Shown here: positions 31,800 to 44,334 of the stretch, piece after piece
Layout of the letters: every line of letters begins with the position of its first letter
How positions within the stretch are numbered: the stretch's first letter is position 1
Assembly: GCF_009914755.1 (NCBI RefSeq)
Contig: NC_060936.1
Source of the DNA: the human T2T-CHM13v2.0 reference genome, Homo sapiens
DNA: 64,000 bases
Direction: 5' to 3' (one strand)
Translations under genes and position numbers: made by a program
Notes under the pieces: model-generated
What the model was told of the DNA's origin: nothing
Databases searched by the model: none
What the model saw: only the letters and a program-made list of their open reading frames with translations

Positions 31800-33180
31800 C
31801 CTTTCTGGGGAGAGCTGGAGCAACTAGTACAGTGGTGTTTGGGACACCCTGATCATTATAGGGACATTCTGCTCACCACAACACAAAACCTGGAAATTAA
31901 AAAAAAATGCACACAGAATTTCCAGTTTGCTTTTCCATTGCCTCTTCCTGAAATATGAACAGAAAATCACAAACTACAGTCATTAGAGGATAGCTTTTAG
32001 CACGAGCGACAAAGATCAAATGGGAAATAATGCACAGCAGAAAAACTAACTCAAAAGACAATTCCAATAATCTCAATATAAAAATAACTAACCTCTAACT
32101 GGTGTTTCTAACAGGTTCAAAACAATACATCAGAGGAAAAAGAAAAGGGTGCCAAAAAAGGAATAGAGAAAAAGAGCCTTGAGAAATTGAAAATATTATT
32201 GCCAAAATTTTAAAAATCTATTTAAACATTGAAAGCAATCTCCTAGAGTGTAAGATGAAAATACAAAGAGTTGGTAAATGTGAGCACAAGGATAAAAGAC
32301 ATGGAGGAATGATGGAAGAAATCCAACACCTGCCTAGGAAGATTTCACAAAAAAGGCAATTGAAACGAAGAGATAGATAGAAATGATCAAAGAAATAATA
32401 GAAGGGAATTTCCCAAAATGTACCTTTATATTTAAAGTGCCTACCAAGTGTGGAACAGGATGAAAAAGACACCCACTCAGTCACATCTTAGTGACACATC
32501 AGGACACTGAGGATAAAGAGAAGATCCTGAAACTTCCAGAGAGGGAGAAAGGTCACCGATAAAAGAAACAACGTCAGACTCCTCATCAAACACATCAAAC
32601 ACTGTAAGACAAGAGAGCATTGTCTTCCATACTCAGAAAAATTACATCCGGCCTTGAATGACATACTAAGCCACGCTATTAATCAACCACAGGGGCAGAA
32701 TATGGGCATTTTTAGATTCACAAAGGGTTAGAAATTAATCTTTCATGTATTTCTCAGCTGTTTCTTTTATAAACAGTTATTTGAATGTGTGCTCTGGCAA
32801 TATGAAAAATGACACAGGGAGGAAAGCATCCAAGAAACAGTGGATTCAATGGAGGACTGCAATGAAGAGAGTCCCAAAATGATGAATGTGTGGCAGTCTC
32901 AGAGAACAGGTCCAGCTTCGGACAGGAAGACTAAGGATTAATGTGTGGCAGTCTCAGAGAACAGCCCAGCTTCGGACAGGAAGACTAAGGAGATGGGTCC
33001 CAGGAAAAATGTAGATCAGAAAAACAGATAGTATGATGGAGACTATGAAAATCTTAAGGATAAAGTAAAGATAGGAAATGCAAGATGAAGGAAAAGTAAT
33101 CAGAGATGACAGGAAAGATTAAACAGGGTTAAAGATTAAACAAGATTAAAAAAGGTAAGTTCTAGGATAACTCTAATGTT
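31800..33180 (+). mobile_element. Ancient L1M 5'/ORF1-like remnant
   Basis: A-rich text resembling L1 ORF1 (gaatttcccaaaat...gataaagagaagatcctgaaacttccagagag); heavily degraded. Confidence 0.55.
32885..32991. repeat. Tandem duplication of a ~53-bp unit
   Basis: aatgtgtggcagtctcagagaacag(gt/c)ccagcttcggacaggaagactaagga at 32885-32937 and 32940-32991. Confidence 0.95.
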
Positions 33181-36047
33181 CCCAGTAACTGTGCAAATGG
33201 GTGTAACCATCATTATCATGGGTGCCCTGCCTCTCAGGACCCAGGTATGGGGTTTTCATTCTTGATACGGCTTCCCACACCCCACGAGTTGGCATAGAAG
33301 CAGAGAAATACTTTCAGGTCCCAATGCAAGCTTGGATGCTGAGGACTTCAGCAGGGACCACCATACAGTACAGATTTCCCTGTGTGCCTGGCAGCACTAA
33401 GGTCTCTAGTATTATGGGGTGACAACAGGAGAAGCCAATCCAGATGGCAATGGAATTTCATGCTGGCTTTGCCATGGAGTAAAAACTAAGTTGACTTGAA
33501 ACACACACACAAAAAAATTATATTTTGTCGCACTTGAATTTGTGGGCTAAGATTCAGTTTGCAACTGTAGTGTGGGTAGAGGAATTAGGAGAGAGAAGAG
33601 ATGATAGTATTGACAATGTAAATCCTCATCTCTCACATCAGAATGTCAGTAAATAATATCTAAAGTTGATAAAGCCAAAATTAAGGGCATTTGCATGTTA
33701 TATGGAGATAACCACCAGAAGGACTAAGCACAGAAATATTGAAAGTATTTGCTTTTGGAGAGTGGGGCTGGGAACAGGGAGAAGAATGCAGGAAATGGTT
33801 TGTATTAAAGTTTTATTTGTATATTTGTTTGAATGCTTGAAAATTATATATGTATTATTTCATTTTTTTTAAAGTGTGCTCCTTTCTGTCAATTTTACTC
33901 TCCTTGCTACAGTGTAGTTAAGTTGTCCTTGGCATCATTGTTCCTGTGTCTATGTAGACCACCTGTTTTGGAAGAAGGTGAGGTTATCAATCAAACGGCT
34001 AACCAGTCACAGGCATCTACTCATTCACTTGCTAAGCTCCTTCCTCATTCTCGTTTCCAAGAGTGCTTTCAAGGACACAAGAGAAGACCCTATTTAGTGC
34101 TGTCATTGTCTTGGTTGTGCGGTAACAGGAAGCAGAGAAGCCTTAATTTTTAGCATCTAGACTTCAGCTCCAAATACTGCCATTGAAATGGGAAGCTCTG
34201 ATTACAGCTTCTAAAGTGCACTGTTTTCTCTGTGCTACAGAACTGTCTTCTGAATTAGTATCAATAAAACGCTTTCTAACAGGATCTTTGACACCAGAAG
34301 TCACCACTGATGCCAATGTAATTACCATCCCTGGACGCTAGGCCTTGTCAGGCAGCACAGATAATCACCTACAACCAGGGGCCAACGATTACCCAGTCAG
34401 TCAACGACATTGACTGCTCACTGGGAGGTTCTGCACGAGTAAGAGAGAGGAGAACTGCAATGTCCTTTCCTCAAAGTACTTCAAACTAAACAGGGCTGAG
34501 GGTGTGGAGGGGAAGGAAAGCAGAGATTCACACACATCAAAAGACAGAAATAAACAAACCTATCCATTCTCAGTTACACAGAGAGGGCTGTGGAGATCTG
34601 AGTTGGCGCAGAATAAAAATGGACTTTTGCATCGCCTGGCCCCTGTTTGGTAAAAACCTCCTTGGTTTTATGTATTTCCTCTTTTCATTTTTTTTAAATG
34701 GTGTTATGTATTTCCTCTTTTCATTTCTTCCCCTGCCCACTAACTGGGCTCAACTACTGAATAACCCCTGTGTGCCATGCTTTTTCTGTGCTTCCATACT
34801 AATTATATGCTGTTCCGCTTGCCTGAAAGCTGTTCCTATCACTCAGCCCTTTCAGCTTGCAAATTTTTCTAATCTATCAAGAGGTAAACCTGACCTCTTC
34901 TGTGGAGCCTTGCCTGATTCACTCCATTTTAATTCCAATCAGTTACAGTGCTGTGAGCTTTGTGAGAGGAGGGACAGAGTATATTATCATTTGAAAATAA
35001 TTAAAATTGTTAATAGATGTAAAACACTTAGAATAGTGGTGCCTGAAATGTAAGCAAATGTGTTTATTATTATTATTATTAGCATCATTACTATGATCAA
35101 TGTTTGTATTTAGAAGCCCTAGCATAACATCTGGCATATGAAAGTGGAAACTAAGCAAATGTTTCTTTGTTTGAATTCTTGGAACATTTCAGACAAACTG
35201 AGTTTTATTGATGAGAAGGTTGATGGGTTTTCTTGGCAGTGGTCATTATTCCAAGGTGAAAGTGAGGATTATTGCTTTAGCTATTGCAACTGAGAACACA
35301 GAATATCTTTTAAGAAGCAGAAGCTCTAATAGGTGAATAAATCATTTTGGAGGATAGGAGGATATTCCAGATGATATGAAACTATTGAAAACAGATTTGC
35401 TGTTGGTTTTCAGAAAATGTACTAGCCCTCAGGAAGATGGGCTTGTTTGGAGAGATACCTAATGTAACACAAATAACTTCATTTTCTTCAGCATTATCTG
35501 GAATAGATGGTTAATTAGTCTCAGACAGCTGTTTCCATACTCACCCGCCTTTGCTGTCTGTGTGATGTGCACGTGTGTGCTGTCATCTGGGTGAGCCTAT
35601 CTGGGCACAGTGACGGGTCATTAAGCTGTCTTCTCATATGGTGCATGTATAGTGTCTGAAGCACAGTTTCAGGAGACAGGTAACACTTCCACTCAGAGAG
35701 GCATTACATGACCCCTAGGGTTGTCAATAGATCCGTAGCTCTTTTGCTCTTCAAACACTACATGCATTTTGACATCTCACCATCTTTGTTCATTGTTCCA
35801 TTCACTGTTATGTCCTTCACCCCGTTCTTTACTGCTTACATAAATACACTCAAGCCCACTTCCTCCAGAGATTTCACCATCACTCCAGCTCATAGATATC
35901 TCTTCCATCTCCATCATATTCAGCTTGCTTTCTTCTTTCTTTGTCTCTCCCTTTCTCCCTTTCTCTCTTTCTTTTTCTTTCTCTCTCTTTTTTCTTTTTC
36001 TCTCTGTCTCCCTCCCTCCCTCCCTCAACCTCTCTCTCTCTATTTTT

Positions 36048-36605
36048 CTGAAACAGAGTTTCACTCAGTTTCCCAGGCTAGAATGCAGTGGTGTGCTCAG
36101 AGTTCACTGAAGCCTTGAACTCTTGAGCTTAAGCAATCCTTGCGCCTCAGCCTCTCAAGCTGCTGGGACTATAGGCCACCATGCCCAGCTAATCAATCTT
36201 TCTTTCTTTCTTTCTTTTTCTCTTTGTTTTTCTTTCCTTCCTTCCTTCTCTTTCTTTCCTTCCTTCCTTCTCTCTTTCTTTCTTCTTCCTCTCTTTCCTT
36301 TCCTTTCTTCCTTCTTTCTTCTCTTTCTCTCTCTCTCCTTCTCCCCTTCTCTCCTTTCTCTCTTTCCCTACCTTCCCTCCCTCCTTCTCTCTCTTTTTCT
36401 CCCTTCCCTCCCTCCCTCCCTCCCTCCCTCCCTTCCTTCCTTCCTCCCTCCCTCCTCCCTTCCCTTTCCCTTCCCTTTCCCTTCCTTCTTTCTTTCCTCC
36501 TTTCTTTCCTTTCCTTCCTTTCTTTCTTCCTTCCTTCCCTTCCCTTCTTCCTTTCTTCCTTCCTTCCTTTCTTCCTCCCTCCCTCCCTCCCTCCCTCCCT
36601 CCCTC

Positions 36606-36680
<75 letters not shown>

Positions 36681-36820
36681 TTTCTTTCTTTCTTTCTTTC
36701 AAGATAGGAGTCTCACTGTGTTGCTCAGACTGGTCTTCAACTCCTGGTCTCAGGCAATGCTCCTGATTCAGCCTTCCAAACTGGCTGGGATTACAGGTGC
36801 AAGCCACTGTGCGCAGCCAG
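36048..36820 (-). mobile_element. AluJ split by an expanded linker
   Basis: Right arm ~36048-36193 and left arm ~36701-36820, same orientation, separated by the pyrimidine tract. Confidence 0.85.
36197..36700. repeat. ~504-nt polypyrimidine tract (TTCC/CCCT/TTTC), including (TTTC)18
   Basis: Only two purines seen (G36226, A36370); perfect TTTC array at 36607-36678. Confidence 0.97.
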
Positions 36821-38642
36821 TCATAGATTTCTAACACTAATTTCTCCAATAGTTACATTTTATATTGTGAAAACACTTACATTGTTGGCTTTTATTAACA
36901 TTTGAATGTGATTTGCTATTTGCTGTTAAGTATGCTAGTCTTAGCTCCCTGAGTAGACTGTTGGATCTTTAAGCAGATGCTGTACTATGGCTCTTTGTAG
37001 TTTCTACCACATTTAGCACAGTTAGATGAGTATATAGGTACTTAATAGGTGTTCCCTTAGGAATGAATGGATAACCCTCCTGGGATCCATTCAAAAGGAT
37101 TCTCCTGAGAACTCCTTAACAAAGGCTTATCTACTTTCTAGTTTAGACTGTCAACACATGCTAAAGGATAAAAGATGCAGATTTGAAACACATAGATTTA
37201 CATTTTAAAATGCTGTGGCATATTTGTTAATATACTTCACAGTCTGAATGCAAGTTTAGGTTAGTTACCCTTGAGGACAAAGCTACTAGACTCTCGAGGA
37301 TTCAAATAGTCTCATAAAAATCATCACAATGTTATCATTGGTAGTTAAGGGAACATTTTATAATAAGTGGGTGTCTTTGAGCATGTTTCCTAGGGAAAGT
37401 GCTAAGTGCAATCTAGTCCATGGAAGTCCCACAGTACTCTGCGAACAACCTGCACTACTTCATGGCCACTTCACCTGAATGGCTCAGTTCTTTGAGTGTC
37501 CATGTAGTCAACTAATCAGTCTGTGGTGAGTAAGAGTAAATTAAGGTGACTAACTTTCCAAAGTCCTTTAAAGTTATTTGATTTAAGGTCGCTGAGCTAG
37601 GTGGTTTATGGATATTTCAGTATTCCTGGAATAATTCATGTAAGCTTTTTCCTTGTATCCAATATATTATGAGGGTAAGAGCAATGAAGCCCTGTGCCAA
37701 TTTCTCCATTTCACTGGCTAATCAGTAATTCTAACATTGTTTGCCAGCTAAATGGAACAGGCACTCTTGTCACCATCATGATTCATTGCCTACTGAAAGC
37801 ACAGAGCTGGCCTTAATCTAATTCTTAATAAAACCTTGCGAACTAGGTATACTGTCTCAATTTGCACACGGAAAACAGATGTTCACGAAGGTTGAGGGAC
37901 TGGCCCACGATCTCACACCAAGTAGGTAAAGAACCATGGAAGCAATTCTGTGCCTTAAAGTGCAATTGTCTTTCTAATTCCTGTGGAGCATGATTGTCTT
38001 TTCCATGCTGAATCTAATGATTACAAATATCAAATGAGCCCTAAGCATGGCCCTGTAATCCTACTCCATTCTCCTAGTAAACTCTCCTTCCCACTCTCTG
38101 AAACAACTTTTTAATATCTTCTCTATCCTTATATCTTCTACATCCTTACAGCATTATTCACTAGAAAACAGAAACCATCAGAAGAAACATATTTCCATAT
38201 TCTCAATGCCTCATATACCAGTCATGATGGTACCCACTCTCTCTGTCTTCCCTCCTGTTATCACAGGAATGTCCCCATTAGCAACCAACTCTCCACTTGG
38301 CTCTGGATCCCAACCTCTCTCATCTTTATTCTTTCCATCCTTCTTTCTTTTCCAATATCAATACCTCTTTTTCTACCTAATCATTCCTTTCAGTAGCCAA
38401 ACATGACTCCAGTCTCTCCTGTTTTAAAAAATTCTTCCCTTTGCCCCACAAGTCACCCTTTAGCTATTAGTGTATTTCCGTACTCCCATTATCAGAAAAA
38501 CTTCTTTTGACAGTTGTCTACTACTTCTTCTATCCAATGCAACATGGCTTCCGTGGCTCTCATTTCACAGAATGTGCTCTTGTTAAGTTCTCCAGGAGCC
38601 TCTGTGTTGCCAAATTCAGTGGCTACTTCTCTAGTCTCATTT

Positions 38643-39089
38643 CTTTTTTTTTTTTTCACCTTCAACTTTTATTTTAAGTTCCTAGGGTATATGTATAGGA
38701 TGTGCAGGTTTGTTACATAGGTAAATGTATGTCTTGGTGGTTTGCTGCACAGATCAACCAATCACCCAGGTATTAAGCCCAGCATACCTTAACTATTCTT
38801 CCTGATGCTCTCCCTCCCCCAACCCCCACCCCTGATAGGCCCCAGTGTGTGTTGTTCCCCACCATGTGTCCATGTGTTCTCATCATTCAGCTCCCATTTA
38901 TAAATGAGAACGGGCAGTGTTTGGTTTTCTGTTCCTGTGTTAGTTTGCTGAGGATAATGGCTTCCAGCTCAATCCACATCCCTGCGGAGAACATGTTATC
39001 ATACCTTTTCATGGCTGCATAGTATTCTATGGAGTATATGTACTACATTTTCTTTTTCCAGTCTATCATTGATAGGCATTTCGGTTGAT
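38643..39089 (-). mobile_element. L1PA 3' end inserted in an L2
   Basis: Poly(T) plus L1 3'UTR (gtgcaggtttgttacataggtaaa...). TSD TCTCATTT at 38635-38642 and 39090-39097. L2 text on both sides. Confidence 0.9.
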
Positions 39090-39108
39090 TCTCATTTGAT
39101 CTCTCATC

Positions 39109-39228
39109 AGCATTCTACCTAACTGATAACTTTCCCATGGAGCAAGTTTTTCCCATGGAGCAAGCTTTCCCATGGAGCAAGCTTTTGGTAGCATTCTACC
39201 TGATAACTTTCCCATGGAGCAAGCTTTC
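39109..39228. repeat. Complex micro-duplication cluster (TTTCCCATGGAGCAAG x4)
   Basis: Copies at 39131, 39149, 39166 and 39208; AGCATTCTACCT at 39109 and 39190. Confidence 0.92.
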
Positions 39229-41827
39229 TAAACACTTTGAGTTTGAGGGGTCAGTAGAATATATAGGAGGTAGAAAACTTTGCTTCTGTTGAGTATCGGT
39301 GAAGTAACCTAAGGTGAAAGTGCAGAGTGAGAAGAGAAGAGACTCAAGGGCTAAGCCTGAGGGTACAGGCGGAAGCAGGGAGGGCTACAAGGAAGACTGA
39401 GAAGGTAGGAGGAGATAACAGAGACAAGGTTAGAAGTCAAGGACAAAAAGAGTTGTCATAAAAAAAAAAAGTGGTCAGAATCAAAGGCCAGAGAAAGATC
39501 GGGTAAACAGGGACTAGTAAAAGTATATTGTCTTTGGCAATTGAGAGTTTATTGGTTGCCATTTATAAATAATTTCAGGATGATGACAGAGGCTGATGGT
39601 ATTAAGGCCTGATTGTATTTTTCTGAAGAGCAAACCAGCAAGTGTAGGCATTATTTTGGGAGGCTTGGTTATGAAGGGAAGAAGAGTAAGTGGATAGTGT
39701 CTAGAGCAGAATAAGAATTGAGGAAGGTTTTGAAAAAAAATCAGGTTATATCTGAGTTTGCTCAGAGAGGGTAGAGAAGAAGGCTTCCCTAATATCACAG
39801 CATTATGCAAGAACTAAAAATAGAATCTATTTCTTCTGCCTCCAAGATAATTGAGATAATACATGTGTAAGAGTTTAAAAAACTATAAAGTACAATAAGA
39901 ATTTGATATAGTGTTCTTCTTTCCACTATATTACAATTAATTACCAGGAAGTCAATGGATTGCATTTTTAACTATATAACACACCCTTTACCCCACTCCC
40001 TGCAACAAGAACCTCACTGCTATTTATTCAGCAGTTCTTAAATGATTGATTTGTTGTGGATGATCTTTTGCTTGCTTCCTTTTGAAACAGTGAGGGATTT
40101 CTGGATGTTTGCCAGCCTGAATATTCCTGTTTACTTGTCTTAGGCTAACAGATAACTGGATGGGCCATATTGTTATACAGGCCTGATGAATGCCAAATGT
40201 TCAGCTCTATCTCTACAGGATTACACCTTTCTGAAAAAAGAATGTATAATATAACTTCTGTCAAATAAACTTGAGATACATTTGTTTCTAGTCCTCAGAT
40301 TTCAAGATCTCCCTTAAGACTTTGGAAGGACAAGCCTAATTCTCTTTGCCAGGCATGAAACCAGACATTAGCTTATAAACTCAAGATGTTCCATAATTCT
40401 TTCAATATGAATTCTAATTATCTTTGCTCCTTCTAAGAGAAGGTAAAAGTATAACAATGTGAAATCTAATTCTATGGACTCAAGGGGCAGAAATCAGTGA
40501 CCTGATATTCAGAGGCCTATATTAATTATCCATTTTATTTTTCTCACCTCTGTAATTTGTAAGTAGAGTTGCAAGGGCTCTTGTTCTTCAGTTACTATTT
40601 TAGATCATACACTCTCAAATGAATGGATAGTTCTCAATGCCTGCGATGCGCTTGATTCACACAGACTAGCCTAGGTTGTCTGAAATGAAGTCAGGGAGAC
40701 GCATGCAATGACCTGTAAGGTGTTGTTTCTGTGTCTTTGTAGCCTGAGTTTTCTTGTGGATAAAAATCTATAGCCTTTTATTATGACAGCTCATTACACC
40801 ACAGAAAAAACTAAACTGAAAGATAGATCATGTCTTCCATGATCACTGCTACTGTTTGATGTGGTGTCTCCTGCATGAATGAAATGACTGCCACTCAGAA
40901 GGTCTCATGGTCTGAGAACAAACTTGACCTGGAAATTCATCTGTATTTTTACAACCCTGTGTATGGTGAGAAAGTTTCCTTAGTCTAGACTGCTTAATAT
41001 CTGTATAAGGCCATTTTTTTCTTCTCTCTCACCTCTCTTGTTGATACTCCTCTGAATCATCATCCACCCAAGATCAAGGAATGCTCACGCTACTTTTGTT
41101 TGTCCAGGGCTCAGATCTTTCTCAGCTCACTCAGATATGTTGCCCCAGTATCTCTTATTGAAAACTTTTCCCTATGGACTCAGATTGACCTCAGTTTAAA
41201 TCTTCAGTGCTTTGGACCATATATTTAGTCTTTCTATAACTAAGTTTTGCCCTTGTAAAACTGGAATAATACTACATACTGTGTAACATTTGTGAGGGGG
41301 TAAAGATAATGTATGTGATAATCATATAACAAGTTCTTGATAAACAATAGTTATATTATTAAATTGGCTATATTTTTTTTCTTTCTATAAAACATTACTT
41401 GCCTAATCATCAATTTCCTTGGAGTGCTTCTATCAGGTAGTTATCAAGTGTAAGGATGGAACCCAAATAAATATTTCTTGTAAGTGTGATTTATTTAGGT
41501 ACTGGAAGAGGCTGCAAAATAAAATGGAAAGAGTGTAGGGCTAGAAAGGTGACAAGTTCCTGGTTCTGGTGTTGCCAGTTCTCATATTAAATAGCAGTGT
41601 TATCTGTATATGATTACCCATCTATGAAAAACTCTAAGTTATTAGAAAGATTGAATTCATCATTGATGAAAGAGATCCTTCAGGCATCTGGAATCTTATG
41701 TAAACCTCACGTAGACTGAGTTTAATTCAATTAAATAACTATTTATTGAATGATCATTATGGACTGTGCTTGGCAATGTGGGGGATAATAAACAAAGGCT
41801 ACACATATACACACATTTATTGAGAAC

Positions 41828-42239
41828 TGTTATGAGTTGAATTGTGTCACCCCAAATTTATATGTTGGAGTTCTAACCCCTAGTAGATATGTGGATATAG
41901 ATACACATCCTAGTAGATATAGTAGGATGTGGCCTTATTTGGAGATAGGGTCTTTACAGACATAATCAAGTTAAAATGAGGTCATTAGGGTGGGCCCTAA
42001 TCAAATATGACTGGTGCATATTCGACATGCACAGAGGAAGAGATTTGAAACACAAGGAGAAGGTGACCAAGGAGATAGGTCCAGAATGGCTCCTTCCCTT
42101 ATAGCCCTCAGAGGAACCAACCCTGCTGGCACTTTGGTCTCAGACTTCTGGCCTCCAGAACTGTGAGACAATAAATTTCTCTTGTTTCAGCCACCTAGTT
42201 TGTGGTTCTTTGTTGTGGCAGCCATAGCAAACTGATATG
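41828..42239 (+). mobile_element. MLT1A-like solo LTR inserted in an L2 tail
   Basis: tgttatgagttgaattgtgtc...gaggtcattagggtgggccctaatc...aactgtgagacaataaatttc...gcagccatagcaaactga. Confidence 0.88.
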
Positions 42240-43127
42240 AAGACCTACTATGTGCTAGTAACTGGGAAACTAACACTGAACAGGGCACTGTTATTTGTTT
42301 CAGGGGAAGAAGTTTGGAAAAGAAGCAGATACTTCAGTCCCATGTAATAAACCTGCTCCAAGAGAAGTATGTACAAGGTGTCATGGGAGGACAGTGAAGG
42401 ACAGTTGAGTATTACCAAAGGCTTGTTTAAGGCTCCTCAGCAGGGACTTCTAAGCCAGGCCTTTGAAGTAAGAGTGCAAGAATGAGTGCAAGAAGCAAGA
42501 GTTCTGGGCAGAAAACAGTGTTTATATGAGGCAGTGTATGCAAAGGCACAGATATCTGAGCAGGTGTGGCACTGTTGTAGAACTGTAAGTAATCCAACAT
42601 GGCCAGAGCTTAAGAGCAGTGAAAGATAAGGCTGGAGAGGTGAGCAAGTTCCAGGTCAGTAGCGGAAGGCTCCCTGGAGCAAGGGGAGCACCTAGAACCT
42701 TGAGGTAGGTCTTCCTTGATTAGCAATCGCGAGGACATAGGCTATGTTAGGTAGGAGGGAAACTGTAAACAAAAGTGAATGCGTATATTTATTTGGCAGT
42801 GAGCATTCTGGTCTGGTTAAAGCAGACATCCTCTTGACAAGCAGAGCAAGCAAGTGAGAAGCTAAGAGGTAAGATAAAGTCTCTCAAAGGACCAGAAGTA
42901 TGACAAACGGAGTGCTTTGAGGGCAGGGCTAGTATCTTGTTTAGTGCTTGCAGTATAGCAGTGGCTCAAGAAACAATCACTGAATAAGTGAAGGGAGAAG
43001 TGGTGAAATTCTGTCCTTTTACTGAATTAAGCAGGGACTTTTAGGTTACAGAGGTTTGGTTTTGAAATCTAGGCTCTGCTGGCAATTTTTTTAACCTTGT
43101 TGAGTTTCATCCTCTTTATTTCTAATT

Positions 43128-43360
43128 GTGAGTATACTAATATTGACCGTATTGGTGAGAATTATATGGGATAATTTATATGGAACTATATAGAATTATG
43201 GGTATACTAATACTTAGCATGGGATAATTTATATGGAATTTTATAGAATATATGGAACTATATAGAATTATATGAAACTATATAGAATTATGGGTATACT
43301 AATGCTTACAGTATATGGTGAGAATTATATGGGATAATTTACATGGAAATATATAGAACT
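43128..43360. repeat. AT-rich modular minisatellite continuing a MIR
   Basis: Repeated modules ggtgagaattatatgggataattta, tggaactatatagaattat and gggtatactaat. Confidence 0.85.
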
Positions 43361-44119
43361 TAAAAATTCCATTTGATCAATATTTATTAAGAAGCTACTA
43401 TATGCCAAGCCCTGTGGTAGGCTTTAGGACTAGAAAGATGAACAAGACCCAATCTCTGCCTCTAAGGAATTTACTTTCTGTTAGGGGGATGGGGAAGCAG
43501 ACATCTGAATAGATAAAAGAACTGTGATGCAATAGAATAAGGACTAGCTTAGGGCTAAGAACAGAGCACCGTGGGTGCACAGAGGAGGGACAGTTACGCC
43601 AGCCAGACGGCAGGATAGTGTTGGGGAATACTTCCTGGGGGAAGTGATGCTTAAGCTGATTCATGAACAATGATACGCAATTAGGTGAAGAAGGAAGAAA
43701 AAGGAATTCCAAACAGAGGGAACAACAGGCTTCCTTTGCAGCTGTGTTTTTCTAGTTCCTGTGCCTGTGCAATTCCTTGCTGAAAATATACTCTAGTCGG
43801 CTTGGTTAAAGCAAAAACACCCTCTCTAGCTCTCGTCAGACTCCTGAAGGTTGGATCGTGCTCTGAACAGCCTCAGCTATTGGCTGGCTTCTCTTTAAAC
43901 TAAACAGGCCTTCAGAAACCCTTCATGTAGCCACCTGCCTGATCTCCTCACTCCCTTTCTCCTGCTTTCTTTCTTTTCTTCCTGTCCTTCCTCGGTATCT
44001 GCTTTCTTCCTCCTCTCATTAAACATTTCCTATGTCTACATGTGTAAACTATGGGCTGTGCCTGGAGATACAGGGGATAAAAGCATACATCTAACTCATG
44101 AGGAGCTCGAAACTGAAAG

Positions 44120-44334
44120 TAGGGTCAGCGAGCTATGGCCCATTGACCAGATCCGCCTGTTTTTGTAAATAAAGTTTTATTGGAACATGCCCACGCCCAT
44201 TTATCTATGTACTGGCTATGGCTGCTTTCATGCTACAATAGCTGTGTTGTGTAGTTGCAATAGAGACCATGTGGCTTGCAAAGCCTAAAATATTTACCAT
44301 CTGGCCCTTTACAGAAAAAGTTTGCTGGCCCCTG
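44120..44334 (+). mobile_element. MER58A-like hAT-Charlie DNA transposon
   Basis: agggtcagc...tttttgtaaataaagttttattggaac...aagcctaaaatatttac...gaaaaagtttgctggcccctg. Confidence 0.88.

Noticed and set aside
34502-35053. 183-aa ORF
   Set aside because: GTG start, overlaps L2/MIR-like text and a small duplication (tatgtatttcctcttttcattt x2); no domain or exon structure.
36123-36849. 194-, 208- and 218-aa ORFs (F/L/S/P-rich or K/E/R/G-rich)
   Set aside because: Translations of the low-complexity pyrimidine tract and Alu arms.
39109-39228. CRISPR-like array
   Set aside because: Mammalian DNA; repeats are 16 nt and mostly abutting, with no unique spacers and no cas genes.
39814-39823. Isolated perfect MEF2 site CTAAAAATAG
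   Set aside because: Lies in MIR/L2-like AT-rich sequence with no supporting context; expected by chance.
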